A stretch of DNA of 64,000 bases from Diplonema japonicum (Eukaryota; Protista; Euglenozoa: Diplonemea). Below the pieces are notes generated by a model that saw only the letters and a list, made by a program, of their open reading frames with translations, had not been told where the DNA came from and did not search any database. This document shows positions 33,849-45,408 of the stretch, piece by piece. Positions within the stretch are counted from its first letter, which is position 1, and each line of letters starts with the position of its first letter. The stretch covers positions 434,001-498,000 of the forward strand of contig OZ025656.1 in NCBI GenBank assembly GCA_964019335.1. Reading direction: 5' to 3'. A program made the position numbers and the translations under genes.

Positions 33849-34503
33849 ATGGAAAAACAAATAAAACGAAAGGTCCCATTAGCAGTTGCTGTTCTAGTCC
33901 TGATATGGTGGGCGTTTCGGGTAGAAGATGGACACAACAAAGAAGGCGGAGATTTAATAGAAGAAATTGAAATGCGAGACAAAATGGACCACACACCTCT
34001 ACGTCTAATCTCCATAAGAGAAGCACACACAAAGGGAAAGGTACACAGAGGTGTTTGGGTGTTTGTGACAGACAGCCGGAAAAGAATGTTTTTCATAAAA
34101 CGCGCGGCCCACATGAAAACGTGTCCTTCAGCGTGGGTGACAATAGGTGAGCATTGCCAACCATCGGAAACATGGAAGCAGACTGCTCTCCGCGGTCTAC
34201 GAGAAGAGCTTGGCTGGACAAACCCTCAGGAGGGCGTCACACAAGTCGGGCCCCCATTCTTGTTCAACAACACGTATACCAACGGGAAGGTCGACAAGCA
34301 GTGGACGGTGATCTTCCACACCACAGTGCAGGCAGACAACATACCCGCCTACACCCTGTCAAAGGAAGAGATCTCGGATTCAGTTTGGATGGACCCCGAG
34401 GAGTTCATGAGGGAACGGTTGAGCGAAGCCACGCCACAGTGCGACGCTTACACACAACGAATGGTTTTCGAACATGGTGTGAGGCAGGTCATGCACGTAA
34501 TGT

Positions 34504-34505
<2 letters not shown>
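33849..34505 (+). CDS. Nudix hydrolase (IDI/YfcD-like) with N-terminal signal anchor
   Basis: Nudix box GEHCQPSETWKQTALRGLREELG; HRGVWVFV; N-terminal hydrophobic segment. Confidence 0.8.
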
Positions 34506-34539
<34 letters not shown>

Positions 34540-34598
34540 GGAAAATTGAAAAAAAAAAAAAAAAAAAAAAAAGGTACACGAAGGGGGGGGAAAAAAAA

Positions 34599-35159
34599 AT
34601 GTCGAAAAAAGGCAAAGGGAAGCAGAAGGAAAAATCCGAGGACGACCAGCTACGCGAAGCTGACGAGGCGCTGGTGGACCTCGGGAAGGAAATCTGGCAG
34701 CTCGAACGCCGGTTGGTGATTGAGGCCGAGAAGTACCAGCGGTACAGGCTTGTTCAGCTGGATCTGAAACGAGACATAGCTCAACTAGGGGAACAAATGG
34801 CAAGTGAGGAAAAGCTGACTCAGCACACCCGTGTAGACATGTATAGACAGTACAAAGCCATGCAGCAGGAGCTTTGCCATCGAATAGATCTCCTCCAACA
34901 GACAATAGACAATTTACGAGAAGAACTTGAGACACAACGGAAGACGCTGGAGGCGACCAAGCAAGGGAAGGACGAAATCATCGCGCAAAAGAATAAGGTT
35001 TTCCTCCCCCCTTTTTTTTGTGTCGGAATGCACACACACACACACAGAAAATAAACGAGCAAAAGCAACAAATGGAAAATATGGCCATTGTTTTCGGTAA
35101 TATGCTCAAGGAGACTCTGGAAAACATGAGTCATAGAATGGAGGGGCAGGTAGGAATTT

Positions 35160-35203
<44 letters not shown>

Positions 35204-35226
35204 AGGGAACGAGAGCAGCGAAGTAA
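34599..35226 (+). CDS. DRC12/CCDC153-like flagellar coiled-coil protein (introns 34998-35047, 35150-35205)
   Basis: DMYRQYKAMQQEL and MENMAIVFGNMLKETL motifs; basic N-terminus. Confidence 0.7.
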
Positions 35227-35438
35227 CACAAACAATTTTTATTTTCATGATTTTTTTTTTATCCATTGTATTTTTTTTTTTTTCAAATGATTTTTATTTC
35301 TTATATGTTTATTTTTTTTTTCAGGCCGGGGGGTTGTATAAAAGAAGCAAAAAAAAGGTAAAAGGAATACAATAATTCTTTTATGAAGTGAAAGAAATCG
35401 TTACACTTTGAAGAAAAAAGAAGAAACAAAGAAGAAAA

Positions 35439-37195
35439 ATGCAATTGACAACAAAAGCGTTGATGCTTGTGGGAGTGGCAAGCTTTGTAATGGGAATGGT
35501 CGTGCGGAAGGAGTTCGGAAGTGGGGATACCAATGAAGCCCCGTGTCCGGTGATATCCCGTCCCCCCCCTCCATCTCATTCCTCTCCACCACCACCTCCT
35601 CCTCCGAAGGTGAAGGCAAGTCCTGACCCGTCTCCTGAAGCGAACAGGAAGAATGAAGAAAATACAAAAACTCATGAACCTTGGAACCACCCTGACGATG
35701 TGGTAATGGGTTTGGCACGATATGAGGTAATGGATAAAAAAAAAAAAAATAAAAAAAAACTCTTCAGCATGATTTCTCAGCGTCCCCTTCCTGGCCTGAT
35801 GCGATGAAGATGTTTGTAGGCACTCTGCGGCATGTTGGCTACAAGGGGCGCATCGTGATGTTCGTGCACCCCCTTATGACCTCTGATTCCCCCCCAGCAA
35901 ACCTTCTCGCCACCAAGAAATACCTTCTCTCAAAGAACGTGGAGATTATTGGCGTAGAAACCGCGCCGTGTCAGTTCCCGTTCAAACCGGTGGACATCCA
36001 CCAGGAAATCAGGAAGCTATGCTCCGCTGATTACCCGATGCTTCAGTTAGAATGGGCCCGATTCGCTATCGGCCGCGACTGGCTCAAGAAGAACCCGACG
36101 ACTGGGTGGTCCCTGATGACTGACGTCCGGGACACGTTCTTCCAGCGAACACCCTTCGCGGATCTTGGGTTTGTGTTTTTCAAAAAAAAAAAAAAAAAAA
36201 AAAAAAAACAGCCCCCCAACGGGTAACCAAACATTTGTTTATGAGGAGTACTACGGCGACCCCACGAGGACAATCGCCACAGGGAAGAAGATTGGCATTG
36301 ACACTTCGCATTGGTTCGCTAAGATGGCGACAAAATGCTACGGGAAGGACAACTACGAGGCGTATAAAGGGAAACCCATGCTGTGCTCGGGCCAGATCCT
36401 CGGGACGGGCACCGGCTCCGTCAAAATGTTAGACGGCTACATCGACGAGATGCGCGCTAACGGGAAGAAGAACCCCACCTGCGTCCCCCCGGAACTACCC
36501 GACCAGACCTTGGTATTTACAGAAATAAAGATTATTTTTAAAACTTCCCCCCCAGCTTAACTACATGGTCTATCACAACCAGTTGGATATCACCCCTGTC
36601 CCATATGGGAAAGGGGCTATTATGACCATCGGCGGTGCCTGCACTTCGAACACCGGGAAAAAGGGATTGCGGTATGTTACGATAAAAACAAAGAAGAAAT
36701 AAAAAAATATTTAGAGACCAGCTAGACTTCGACGGGGATGGGTACATCCTCGACTCGAGAGGGAAGCGGGTGCCTGTCGTCCATCAATGGGATCGATGCG
36801 GGAACTGGATGGAGCTCTGGATTCGAAAGTTCGTTGCTTCCTTCGGCGAGCTGCCTCTTGGAGCACGGTGGGAACGAATGGCCTCCGCCGTCAACAACGG
36901 CATCGCGGATTCCGTCCCTGTCGTGAAGGCAGATCTCTCGTCAAACAATTGGGTGGAGTGCGCAGCAGAGAACGAAACGTGTAAGTGCTCCACTTCGGTA
37001 TCCCCGCTATTTTGCAAACCCACCACACCACCCCCGCAGGTGCGCTTCGGAAGCGTCAAAATTGATAAATGGGAAGCCGTCGACCTCAGCGGCAAGCAGC
37101 AGGACGTGTCGTGTCTGAACGAGAACAGCGGTGGTCTTTTCAAAGACCCTGCACCCGGGAAACACAAAATATGCCAATGTAAGCGGAGTTTATAA
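35439..37195 (+). CDS. Type II membrane GT-A glycosyltransferase-like protein with C-terminal Cys-rich lectin-like module (6 exons)
   Basis: Signal anchor and Pro-rich stem; TDVRDTFFQRTPF (DxD-like), LCSGQILG, DQTLLNY, VVHQWDR; C-terminal WVECAAENETC...FKDPAPGKHKICQC. Confidence 0.7.
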
Positions 37196-37325
37196 CCAGA
37201 CCCCCCCTGCTCTGGTCTATTACAATCGCATCTTTAATTGTGCCTCCAGTGCTATTTATATGTTTTGGAAAAAAATAAGATCATTTTTACTTACTACCTT
37301 GCATCGCAGGAATGACAAGACGAAG

Positions 37326-38816
37326 ATGGGCCCGATGCCAGGTGGGACAGTCGTGTTGAAAGATGGATTCCTGAAGGGGAGGGAAGTGAACGATGTGGCA
37401 CGGCGCTTGAAGAGTGGCGGGGTGCGGGAGTTGGTATTGAAGAATGTGCGGGTGATGTCAACGGAGTGGGGGGCACTGTGTACTGGCGTTATGGAGTCAC
37501 ACTGTCTGCACACAATCAAGCTGACTAACACAGTCATGCCTATACGGTACTACCAGACGCTTCAGAAGTGGAGCAAGGGTGCCCTCGGGAGGGCTCTGCT
37601 CATGTCAACTGAATGGGCAGAACAAGTACGCTTGATCCCAAACGTTATCACAGACCCCACAGCATGCACCGCTGCAGTGAAGTATGAAATCGCATCACTC
37701 AAAAGACTGGCCATCACTGTCCCTCCTGATGCTTCGTATCACGAGGCGTGGGCTGCTTTGTCCTTCGGTCTACAACAGTGCAGGGACGAAGGGATCAGAT
37801 ACCTCCACAGCGATACCACGTCACAGACGCTAGGCGCTAAGGGTGTTGCGATGTACCACCACTCAGTGGCGTGTGGCATGACGCAGCAGATGCGGAACGA
37901 CTACTCCTCGGCGTGGATGGATGCAGTTGGGAGATGCCTGAACATCAGGCCAAATTCAAGCTATTTTGCACCCTCGCAGACGTTGCAGAAGATCGCTGAT
38001 ACCGTTGTCTCTGCAACCACGCAGGCGCCCTTCACGGACAGCCTCTCACGCACGCTGATGGATATCAACAAGTACCTCTACGAGGATGTCACGCTTTGCG
38101 TGCACAAGCTGGTCACCCGTGAAATCCTCCCCATCATGCTGGACACTGTGTCCCCCACGCTGCCGTTCAACCTCACTGCGTGGGTGCATCTTGCGGCGTC
38201 GCTTCGGTTTGATGCATTGCACCCACGTGAGACGGAGTATCCTCTCGATGTCATAGCAATCAGCTTGGAGAACGCTGTGAAGCGGATATGCGTGGAGGCC
38301 TCTGAGATTGTTGCTGCTTGGAAGCCCCCCACGCCGCCCACGCTACCTAGCAGGCTTAGTGGAAGCATCCTGTCTGTCACTTCTGTCAGCGACTTGTCGC
38401 TGCCTGAAACGTTACTGTTTGACGACACTGATGAAATGGACAGCGTGCCCGTTGTGAGGGCATTGTTAAATGACAGCAGTCTGACTGACCCGTCAGCACC
38501 GCCGAAACAGTTTGTGATGAAAGCCCCTGCTCCTTCCCCTGCAAAAAAACAAAAGAATGAGAAATCGGAAGAGAACGATACCAAGCCTCGCAGAACGCGG
38601 GGCACACGGGGTACTCACTCCCCCCCGAGACTGCCACTGCGGTTCAAGGTAGGGGACAGAGTGCAGTGCACGGTGGCGAAGAATACGAGATCTGCCGGGA
38701 AGATTGTCGCACTGTGGGAGAACGGTAAACCTTACAAGATAAAGCTGGACAGCGGCGGCGAGGTGTATGCCAACAAAGACACTTCAAAGTGTGTCATCGG
38801 AGAGGCCACCGAGTAA
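37326..38816 (+). CDS. Hypothetical protein with C-terminal SH3/Tudor-like barrel
   Basis: Long ORF; LRFKVGDRVQC...GKIVALWE...PYKIKLDSG; start uncertain. Confidence 0.6.
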   Translation: MGPMPGGTVVLKDGFLKGREVNDVARRLKSGGVRELVLKNVRVMSTEWGALCTGVMESHCLHTIKLTNTVMPIRYYQTLQKWSKGALGRALLMSTEWAEQVRLIPNVITDPTACTAAVKYEIASLKRLAITVPPDASYHEAWAALSFGLQQCRDEGIRYLHSDTTSQTLGAKGVAMYHHSVACGMTQQMRNDYSSAWMDAVGRCLNIRPNSSYFAPSQTLQKIADTVVSATTQAPFTDSLSRTLMDINKYLYEDVTLCVHKLVTREILPIMLDTVSPTLPFNLTAWVHLAASLRFDALHPRETEYPLDVIAISLENAVKRICVEASEIVAAWKPPTPPTLPSRLSGSILSVTSVSDLSLPETLLFDDTDEMDSVPVVRALLNDSSLTDPSAPPKQFVMKAPAPSPAKKQKNEKSEENDTKPRRTRGTRGTHSPPRLPLRFKVGDRVQCTVAKNTRSAGKIVALWENGKPYKIKLDSGGEVYANKDTSKCVIGEATE

Positions 38817-38922
38817 TTACATTTATTTTTTCTTCTTTCTTTTTAGATTTTTTAAGTATTCGTTTTCTCTAAGCGACGCTGCCCACCCAACCCAGCAAGA
38901 AAAAAGGTCGGGTTCCTATACG

Positions 38923-39111
38923 ATGCAAGGCGATGAGGAAGCTCCGCAGCAGCAGTCGGAAATGTACACGGGGAACCATAAGAAGACAGCGTTGATGCAT
39001 GTGATATTCAAGGTGGCGGTCTTTTTTATGTATTTGATGGGGAAGTTAGTGATGAGTAACTTTGTGTTGTGTTTTGTAATAATGGTATGTTGGCAAAGGG
39101 AAAAAGTAGGA

Positions 39112-39152
<41 letters not shown>

Positions 39153-39630
39153 AGCTTCTGTTGTCCGCTGCAGATTTCTGGGTGGTGAAGAATGTTACGG
39201 GTAGGGTACTGGTGGGGCTGAGGTGGTGGAACATGGTGAGAGAAAACGGGGAAAGCGAGTGGGTGTTCGAGAGCGTGAGCGACAGGAAGCAAGTTCACGC
39301 TGTCGATTCCACCTTCTTCTGGGCTGTCCTGTTTGGATACGTTCTGCTGTGGCTGGGTGTCGCCTTCTTCAACATGTTCGACCCGAAATGGCTTGTCGCA
39401 ATATTGGTTCCCTTGTCATGCTCGGTATGAGGGGACTAGAAAAAAAAAAAAAAAAGAAAAAAAAAACTAAAATCCAGGTAACTAACGCGTACGGCTACGC
39501 AAAATGCAGAAAAGACTGGAAAAAACAAGGCGCTAGTCTCGTCATGAAACATGCCCAAGAAAACCCCGAAATGGCTATGTCCGCCATGACAACAGTAGCT
39601 GGTGCCGCTGCAAGTGCGCCGCAAGTATGA
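38923..39630 (+). CDS. TVP23: Golgi membrane protein TVP23/FAM18 (3 exons)
   Basis: ADFWVVKNVTGRVLVGLRWWN...SEWVFES, DSTFFW, NAYGYAKC. Confidence 0.93.
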
Positions 39631-39842
39631 TGCTATTGGGAACAAAAAGGAAAACACAATCTTACTCAGGCCGCTCCCCCACCGTCTCAAAACTGGGGCA
39701 ACACGCAGTAACAGAGAGGGGGACCCATTCGCATCTCTTTCTGATACAACCTATCCTTCCTCGTAGTGTAGAAGACAGGGATGATTCTTCTGTGTTGCCC
39801 CCTTCTTTTTTCCCTGCTCCTCTAACCAACCAGCAGGCTAAT

Positions 39843-41378
39843 ATGTTGGAGCGTTTGAAGGAGCTCGTGGATGGGCTGTCAGAATCCATTGTCTTCGGCA
39901 GCACGGGCTTTGTGGAGCTGTACGGCCCGATCGCTTCGGGGAAAACAACTGTGACGCAGAATGTTATAGAGGCTGTGCGCAGGGAGGGTGTAGAGGTGCT
40001 GGAAGTTGAGTGTTCGGACAGCAACATGCTGTGGAGCAGCGTGCGGTCTGCCTTCATTGCCATGGTGCCTGTCGCACAGGGCCACGTCTACGACCATGAC
40101 GTGCCGCAACTCCCTGACCCGGAGCAGGAGGGCATCCTTGACATCCGCGTTTGCACCTTTGCCGAGGCGCTACACCTTTCAGCAGCTACACCTGAGTGCT
40201 GTGGGTTTTCATGGGACGGGCCTTATGAACTAAAAGACGATCCCACGGCGACGGAAGAGTTTACTTTTCTAAAAAAAGGGGTCCGGCAACACAACGTGGA
40301 GATGGAAAGTGGCAGTGGACCATGCATGGCTAGGAAGCTGATGGATCTTTCTGCCCCCAGCGCCAATGGTATCTGGACAACGCCGGAGCTGAGCGCTCAG
40401 ATCAGCGTCACAAGAGAACTAAAGCGGAGGTGGCGCAGGACACAAGGGTGCATCGTTGTCGACGACTTGGTGGGGTTGAACCTCAACGACCAGCGCATGA
40501 GACAGGTGTTGAAGACGCTGATGGAGCTTTCCAAGCTGTGTAGGGTGATCGTCAACACGTCTGTCAAAGTAAACTGGTTTGGGTTGCAAACCATCACATT
40601 ACCCCCGATGGCAAACCACGAGCAGAAGGAAGAGGTTATCGCCTCCATCGGCGACACGGGGTGTTCAGCACAGAGCTTATCGGCGCTGGTATCGCTCGTT
40701 GCCGACCCATGGAAGTGCATACCCGACATGCGGTATGAAGTGCTGAAACTGATTCCAAACGTGCGCGAGCTAGAGTCAAAGGGCTTAGGGACGGACTCGA
40801 TGTTGTTCTGGGACTACTTGAAGGAGTGGACGCAAAAAGAGACGTTTAGTGCTGCCAGCGGGGATTTTGTGGAGGACCTTATCATACTGAGCGCTTACCT
40901 GTGTAAGCTACGTCCCATCAAGCTGCAACGGTTGGAGGAGAACACAAATGACAGACGCAGTTCGAAAATGAAAGCGAGAGTGATGAAGGGTTTGATGTCA
41001 GAAAGAGACAAGGTGGAACAATTGAACACCAGCTACACGGTAAAAATTGATAGACTGGTGGTGCAGATGCAAGCTTTGTTGGTACCGTACCATTCAAAGA
41101 AGGAGGAGACGGGGCTGAGCAAGCATTGGTGGCCACCCCACGCGAACACCTTTGACTTGGGGCGGGAACTTCGCTCGTTGCTGCGGAGTCTCCCCGCCAA
41201 CCCAGGCTTCGTCAAGCTCAACAACAAGAATGAGATCGACACCTCCTCCATAAGTTTGGAGAGAGCTCAAAAAATAGCTCTGAGGCTCGGCGTGCCAACC
41301 CCAGAACAAGGCGGCTACGGCCTCCTGTTCCGCAACGGCATGAAACCCATTGCACAGTCTGATCTTGAGCAACTGTGA
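39843..41378 (+). CDS. Divergent ORC5-like AAA+ protein
   Basis: Walker A YGPIASGKT, Walker B CIVVDD; C-terminal LIILSAYL, IDRL and ISLERAQKIA resemble Orc5 winged-helix motifs. Confidence 0.55.
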   Translation: MLERLKELVDGLSESIVFGSTGFVELYGPIASGKTTVTQNVIEAVRREGVEVLEVECSDSNMLWSSVRSAFIAMVPVAQGHVYDHDVPQLPDPEQEGILDIRVCTFAEALHLSAATPECCGFSWDGPYELKDDPTATEEFTFLKKGVRQHNVEMESGSGPCMARKLMDLSAPSANGIWTTPELSAQISVTRELKRRWRRTQGCIVVDDLVGLNLNDQRMRQVLKTLMELSKLCRVIVNTSVKVNWFGLQTITLPPMANHEQKEEVIASIGDTGCSAQSLSALVSLVADPWKCIPDMRYEVLKLIPNVRELESKGLGTDSMLFWDYLKEWTQKETFSAASGDFVEDLIILSAYLCKLRPIKLQRLEENTNDRRSSKMKARVMKGLMSERDKVEQLNTSYTVKIDRLVVQMQALLVPYHSKKEETGLSKHWWPPHANTFDLGRELRSLLRSLPANPGFVKLNNKNEIDTSSISLERAQKIALRLGVPTPEQGGYGLLFRNGMKPIAQSDLEQL

Positions 41379-41757
41379 CCTTTCCTTCATCATGTTCGCC
41401 ACTGCGATGCACTACAGAAGGGTAGCAACACCCGTTAGCGCGGATGACAATTTCGTAAGTCAAGAATTTATGGAGCAACTACTGTCATTTTCTTCTCTTT
41501 TTCGACTGCTGATGCAGAGGGGTTGCGCGTTGACGGCCTATAACCGATATACGTCCACCTTAAAAAACTCTTCTCTTTTTTTTTTTTTTTGTAATTTCTT
41601 TTTGTAATAGATATTAGAATACGTACTGTTAGTGGACCGTTGATACGGTAGTTTAGTGAAATTTATGGAACTTGATGGATTGATGGAACTATTTGCCATA
41701 GCTCATAAACAGCAGGTGGGCTACATGCGGTAGTGGTTGAACAGAAAACCACAGAAG

Positions 41758-43663
41758 ATGGCACGGGTGCTGGACAAAGGGCTTTGGTTCAATTTCAGCA
41801 CCAACGACACAGCAGCGAACGTGCGGACGCAGTTAGATGCCATAGGTGATCTGTTCTACAAGGGACGTGTGCAAGATGCGCCTGTGCCGGACAAGTCCCC
41901 GCTGGGAATGGGGGTGTACGAGTTCGTGCGGAGAGATGGAACCTGGGTGCCTCCCCCTCCTCCCACACTTCCACCATTTACACCGCCTGTTATACCAGCA
42001 TGCAAAATACAGGTACCAACCCAGAGGGCCCAAGTCCCACCCGCTCCTCCGCTTCCACCCACTCCTGTTGTCATCAAGGCATCTGTTGCCTGCTCTGAGT
42101 TCTCGTTGAACCTGTACCTCAGGATGACGAGTATCGAGCGTCTCCGCTACCAACTCCGCTGGGGGCACATTGAGTGCCCTGAGGTGCTGAACCAAGAGGG
42201 GTGGGTCCCGTTTGCTGACACACAGCTCCCTGCCTCGCAAGACAAGCCACGTTTCGTGACTGTCAACAAGCCAAAGCTACTGAGAGACACCACAGAAGGG
42301 ATTGTAAGGTACTGCTGCCCAGGTGACGAACCCACGCTGCGTCCTGTCGACGTGTGGTGCATCACAATAGTAGACCTGCATGAGGCAGGGTACACCCGCG
42401 ACGTGTCTGTTGGGGGGGCGATGGCCACGAACGACTCGCACCAGGAGTGGACGTACGCGTACCCTGTGGACACACGTCTGGTGCCTGAAGGGTGGAACAA
42501 GAAGATACTTACAGACGTGTTGAACGAAGCACCCAACGAGAAGGGAACCCCGACTACAACAAAAGCGTTTGGGCGGCAGTCGAGGTTCGGTGGTGAGGAA
42601 GTGGTGGTGTACGGGTTGGGGCTCACCGAAACAACGAGGATCATCTTCGATTGGCCATACGGAGGGTCCAATGGGTGGTCGGTGACAGCGACACCGGTGG
42701 CTGTGCACTCGCACGCGATGCTAGCAGTGGCACCGCCGATGGCCGACGTCGTAGATGGCGGGAGCATTAAGGTATTTTTGTTGGCGAGCGATTCTGAGGG
42801 CTCGGGCAGGGAGCAAGGTGACGCGTCTTGCTGCTACGAGTGCGAAGACGGGGAACTCGAGACAATGCGAACGAACATCGCAAAACTGCTGCTCCAAAGC
42901 GACGACTACGACTTGTGCCCCTATGACCAAGGACCCGCTGTGATGCCTATTCGCAGCACGCAAAGCATCTCGACTGCGCTTGACAGCTTTTTAATGCACA
43001 TCACACAAGAAGAGCTCGTGCGGCATTTAGAGCAACGGAAAAAGTCAGGACACCTCTTCTCCCTACTAACCTTGACGGATACCGCAGGGCGAAACTTACT
43101 CCACTACTGCTGCAGGCTGGCATGGAAGGATGTGCTGTCTTACTGCCTAGCAAATGGCGGAGGAACGGCTTTGGTATGCTTACTCGACGGCCAACATTCG
43201 AACACAGGGCGCAAGGGATAGCTGGGACTTCATGCCCTTTCACTTCGCGGCTGTGTCCTGCGACAAGGATTTCTTGAAATATCTCGCAGCAGAGATGAGC
43301 GACAGTATGCAACGTGTTGTGTAACACACAAAACGTAGGACTTTGCGAGCTTGTGCAAGACTCTACCCGTGACGGGTCACGTTTGATCGATATGCTACCT
43401 AGCAAGTATGGAAGAGTTAAACATCTCTTTATGCACCGCACAGCGAGATGAAAGATTTTATGGAGGATTTGCTTTACCGAAAGCAACCTAGTCCGGAACG
43501 GGAGGAAAAGCCTAAAAAGAAGAGGAAAAAGAGAGTATGATTAAAATCTCCTATTTTTTTTTCTCTTTTTTATTAAACAACCACACAGCATGCCTGGGAC
43601 CCCTCCAGGGACACCGATGTGGACATCTCCGCCGTCGACGACGAGGGCGCAATAGTGTTGTGA
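41758..43663 (+). CDS. Hypothetical protein with C-terminal ankyrin repeats (5 exons)
   Basis: [12 protein letters not shown] and [12 protein letters not shown]; four short GTATG...AG introns extend the ORF to TGA at 43663. Confidence 0.65.
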
Positions 43664-43788
43664 GTGTTTTATTGAAGCGTCACCTTTTTCTTCTTTTTTT
43701 CCTCTTCGCTTTGATAAAGCTATGGGAATGTGTATTTTTCTTATGTTTAAAATTTTTACAGAAGAGAAAAGACAAACTCCATCCTAAA

Positions 43789-44351
43789 ATGCCCGCCAAG
43801 AACGTCAAGAAGCACACAGCCAATGTGGTGAAGCCCACCAGGCAGGGTAAGAAGGTCGCCAAGAAGGTGTTGAAGCCCAAGGCCACCGCCGTCAAGAAGA
43901 GGAAGGAGAGGTTCATCGTGCAGTTCCACAGGCCGTACACCCTCCGCACCAGCGCCGCGCCCAAGTGCCCCCGCCGTCTGTCCCCTGTGGTGAAGAAGAA
44001 CGACCACTTCTCGATCATCAAGTTCCCCCTTACCACTGAGAGCGCCATGAAGAAGGTATGAATACTCCTCCCATCACCTTCGAACAACCCACAGATCGAG
44101 GACACCAACACCCTCGTCTTCATCGTTGACATCCGCGCCAACAAGGTCCAGATCAAGGAGGCCATGAAGAAGATGTACGACATCAAGGCCGTCAAGGTCA
44201 ACACCCTCATCCGCCCCGACGGTAAGAAGAAGGCTATGGTGTGTTTGTAACAAAGCGTGTCAAAAGAAGGGGGAAAAAAAATCACCCACAGGTGCGCCTT
44301 GACGCCAACCACGACGCTCTTGAGGTGGCCAACAAGATCGGTCTTCTGTAG
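43789..44351 (+). CDS. RPL23A: 60S ribosomal protein L23a (uL23), 3 exons
   Basis: [50 protein letters not shown]. Confidence 0.97.
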
Positions 44352-44506
44352 ATGGGCATGCTGCTAGTCATCATTCATTTTCTCTGATAGTACCTTTTTT
44401 GTTTTTTTTCCGTTTATGTTTGCTGCACATTTGATGTCCGTTTCCCCCCCTCCAGAAGCAAGCGATAACAAAGAAAAAAAAAAGAAAAAAAAAGATGCAA
44501 AGCTAA

Positions 44507-45130
44507 ATGGACTATACAATGGCACACCACGACATGGAGGGTGAGATCGCAGAGTTAGCGGAAAATATTCAGGCGCAGCAGAGGACGCTGGCAAGGTTGC
44601 AAGGGATGTTGGAAGACTTTATCCCAGTGGGGAAGAGGGAGTGGGATCCTTCACCAGCTGGAACGCCTCCACGAAGACGTCCGTCTCCCGAAGCATGGAG
44701 ACAAAGCACGCCAAGGAGGAGAGGAACATCAGCGGGAAGAAGTTTTATGAGCAGCCCCCCTGCAAGGCCAAGGAGCCCATGGAACAAACACACAAGGCTA
44801 GGCGAGGAAAGCCCTAGTCATTACTACACAAAGGTGTTAGAGCCGATGCGACCTGCAGTTATAAGACCAATTGACATAGTTAACCATTTCCCTATAGTCT
44901 CATGGGGGAACCAGTGGAATACAGGCCTACGTTCGCCTTGTAGGTCTTCCCCTAGAAGCCCACGGAAGACACCCCCCCCTGTACAGCGAGCATCTTCGTC
45001 TGATCGTCTTCAGAGGGACAATCAGCTCCTACAGGAGCGGTGCAAGTTGCTTGAAAACCAATTGAAGTTGAAACGGAAGAAAACCGAAACCAGGCCGAGG
45101 TGGAACTCGTACCAACAGCCAGATAATTGA
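44507..45130 (+). CDS. Hypothetical Ser/Pro/Arg-rich protein with terminal coiled coils
   Basis: 207-aa ORF of coding-like composition between homopolymer spacers. Confidence 0.6.
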   Translation: MDYTMAHHDMEGEIAELAENIQAQQRTLARLQGMLEDFIPVGKREWDPSPAGTPPRRRPSPEAWRQSTPRRRGTSAGRSFMSSPPARPRSPWNKHTRLGEESPSHYYTKVLEPMRPAVIRPIDIVNHFPIVSWGNQWNTGLRSPCRSSPRSPRKTPPPVQRASSSDRLQRDNQLLQERCKLLENQLKLKRKKTETRPRWNSYQQPDN

Positions 45131-45408
45131 TTTTATTGTATTTTTTTTTCTTTATATAGACCCCTCCTTTTTTTTTCTTGTAATTTTTTTTTTTTCCCTT
45201 CCGTTTTTCTTTTTTTTTCTTCCTTTTCTCCCCACTTTTTATCCATCACAGGCGAACACGAAGAGGGGACACGTTGGTCCATGGGTTAAAACCCTTTCGT
45301 CTCTAAGAATAGCGAGAAAAGAACAACGGAAAATAAAACGAATATAAATATTTTAAAAAAAGAAAATAAGAGAAGAGAGAAAAAAAAGGGGAAAACAAAG
45401 GGATTATT

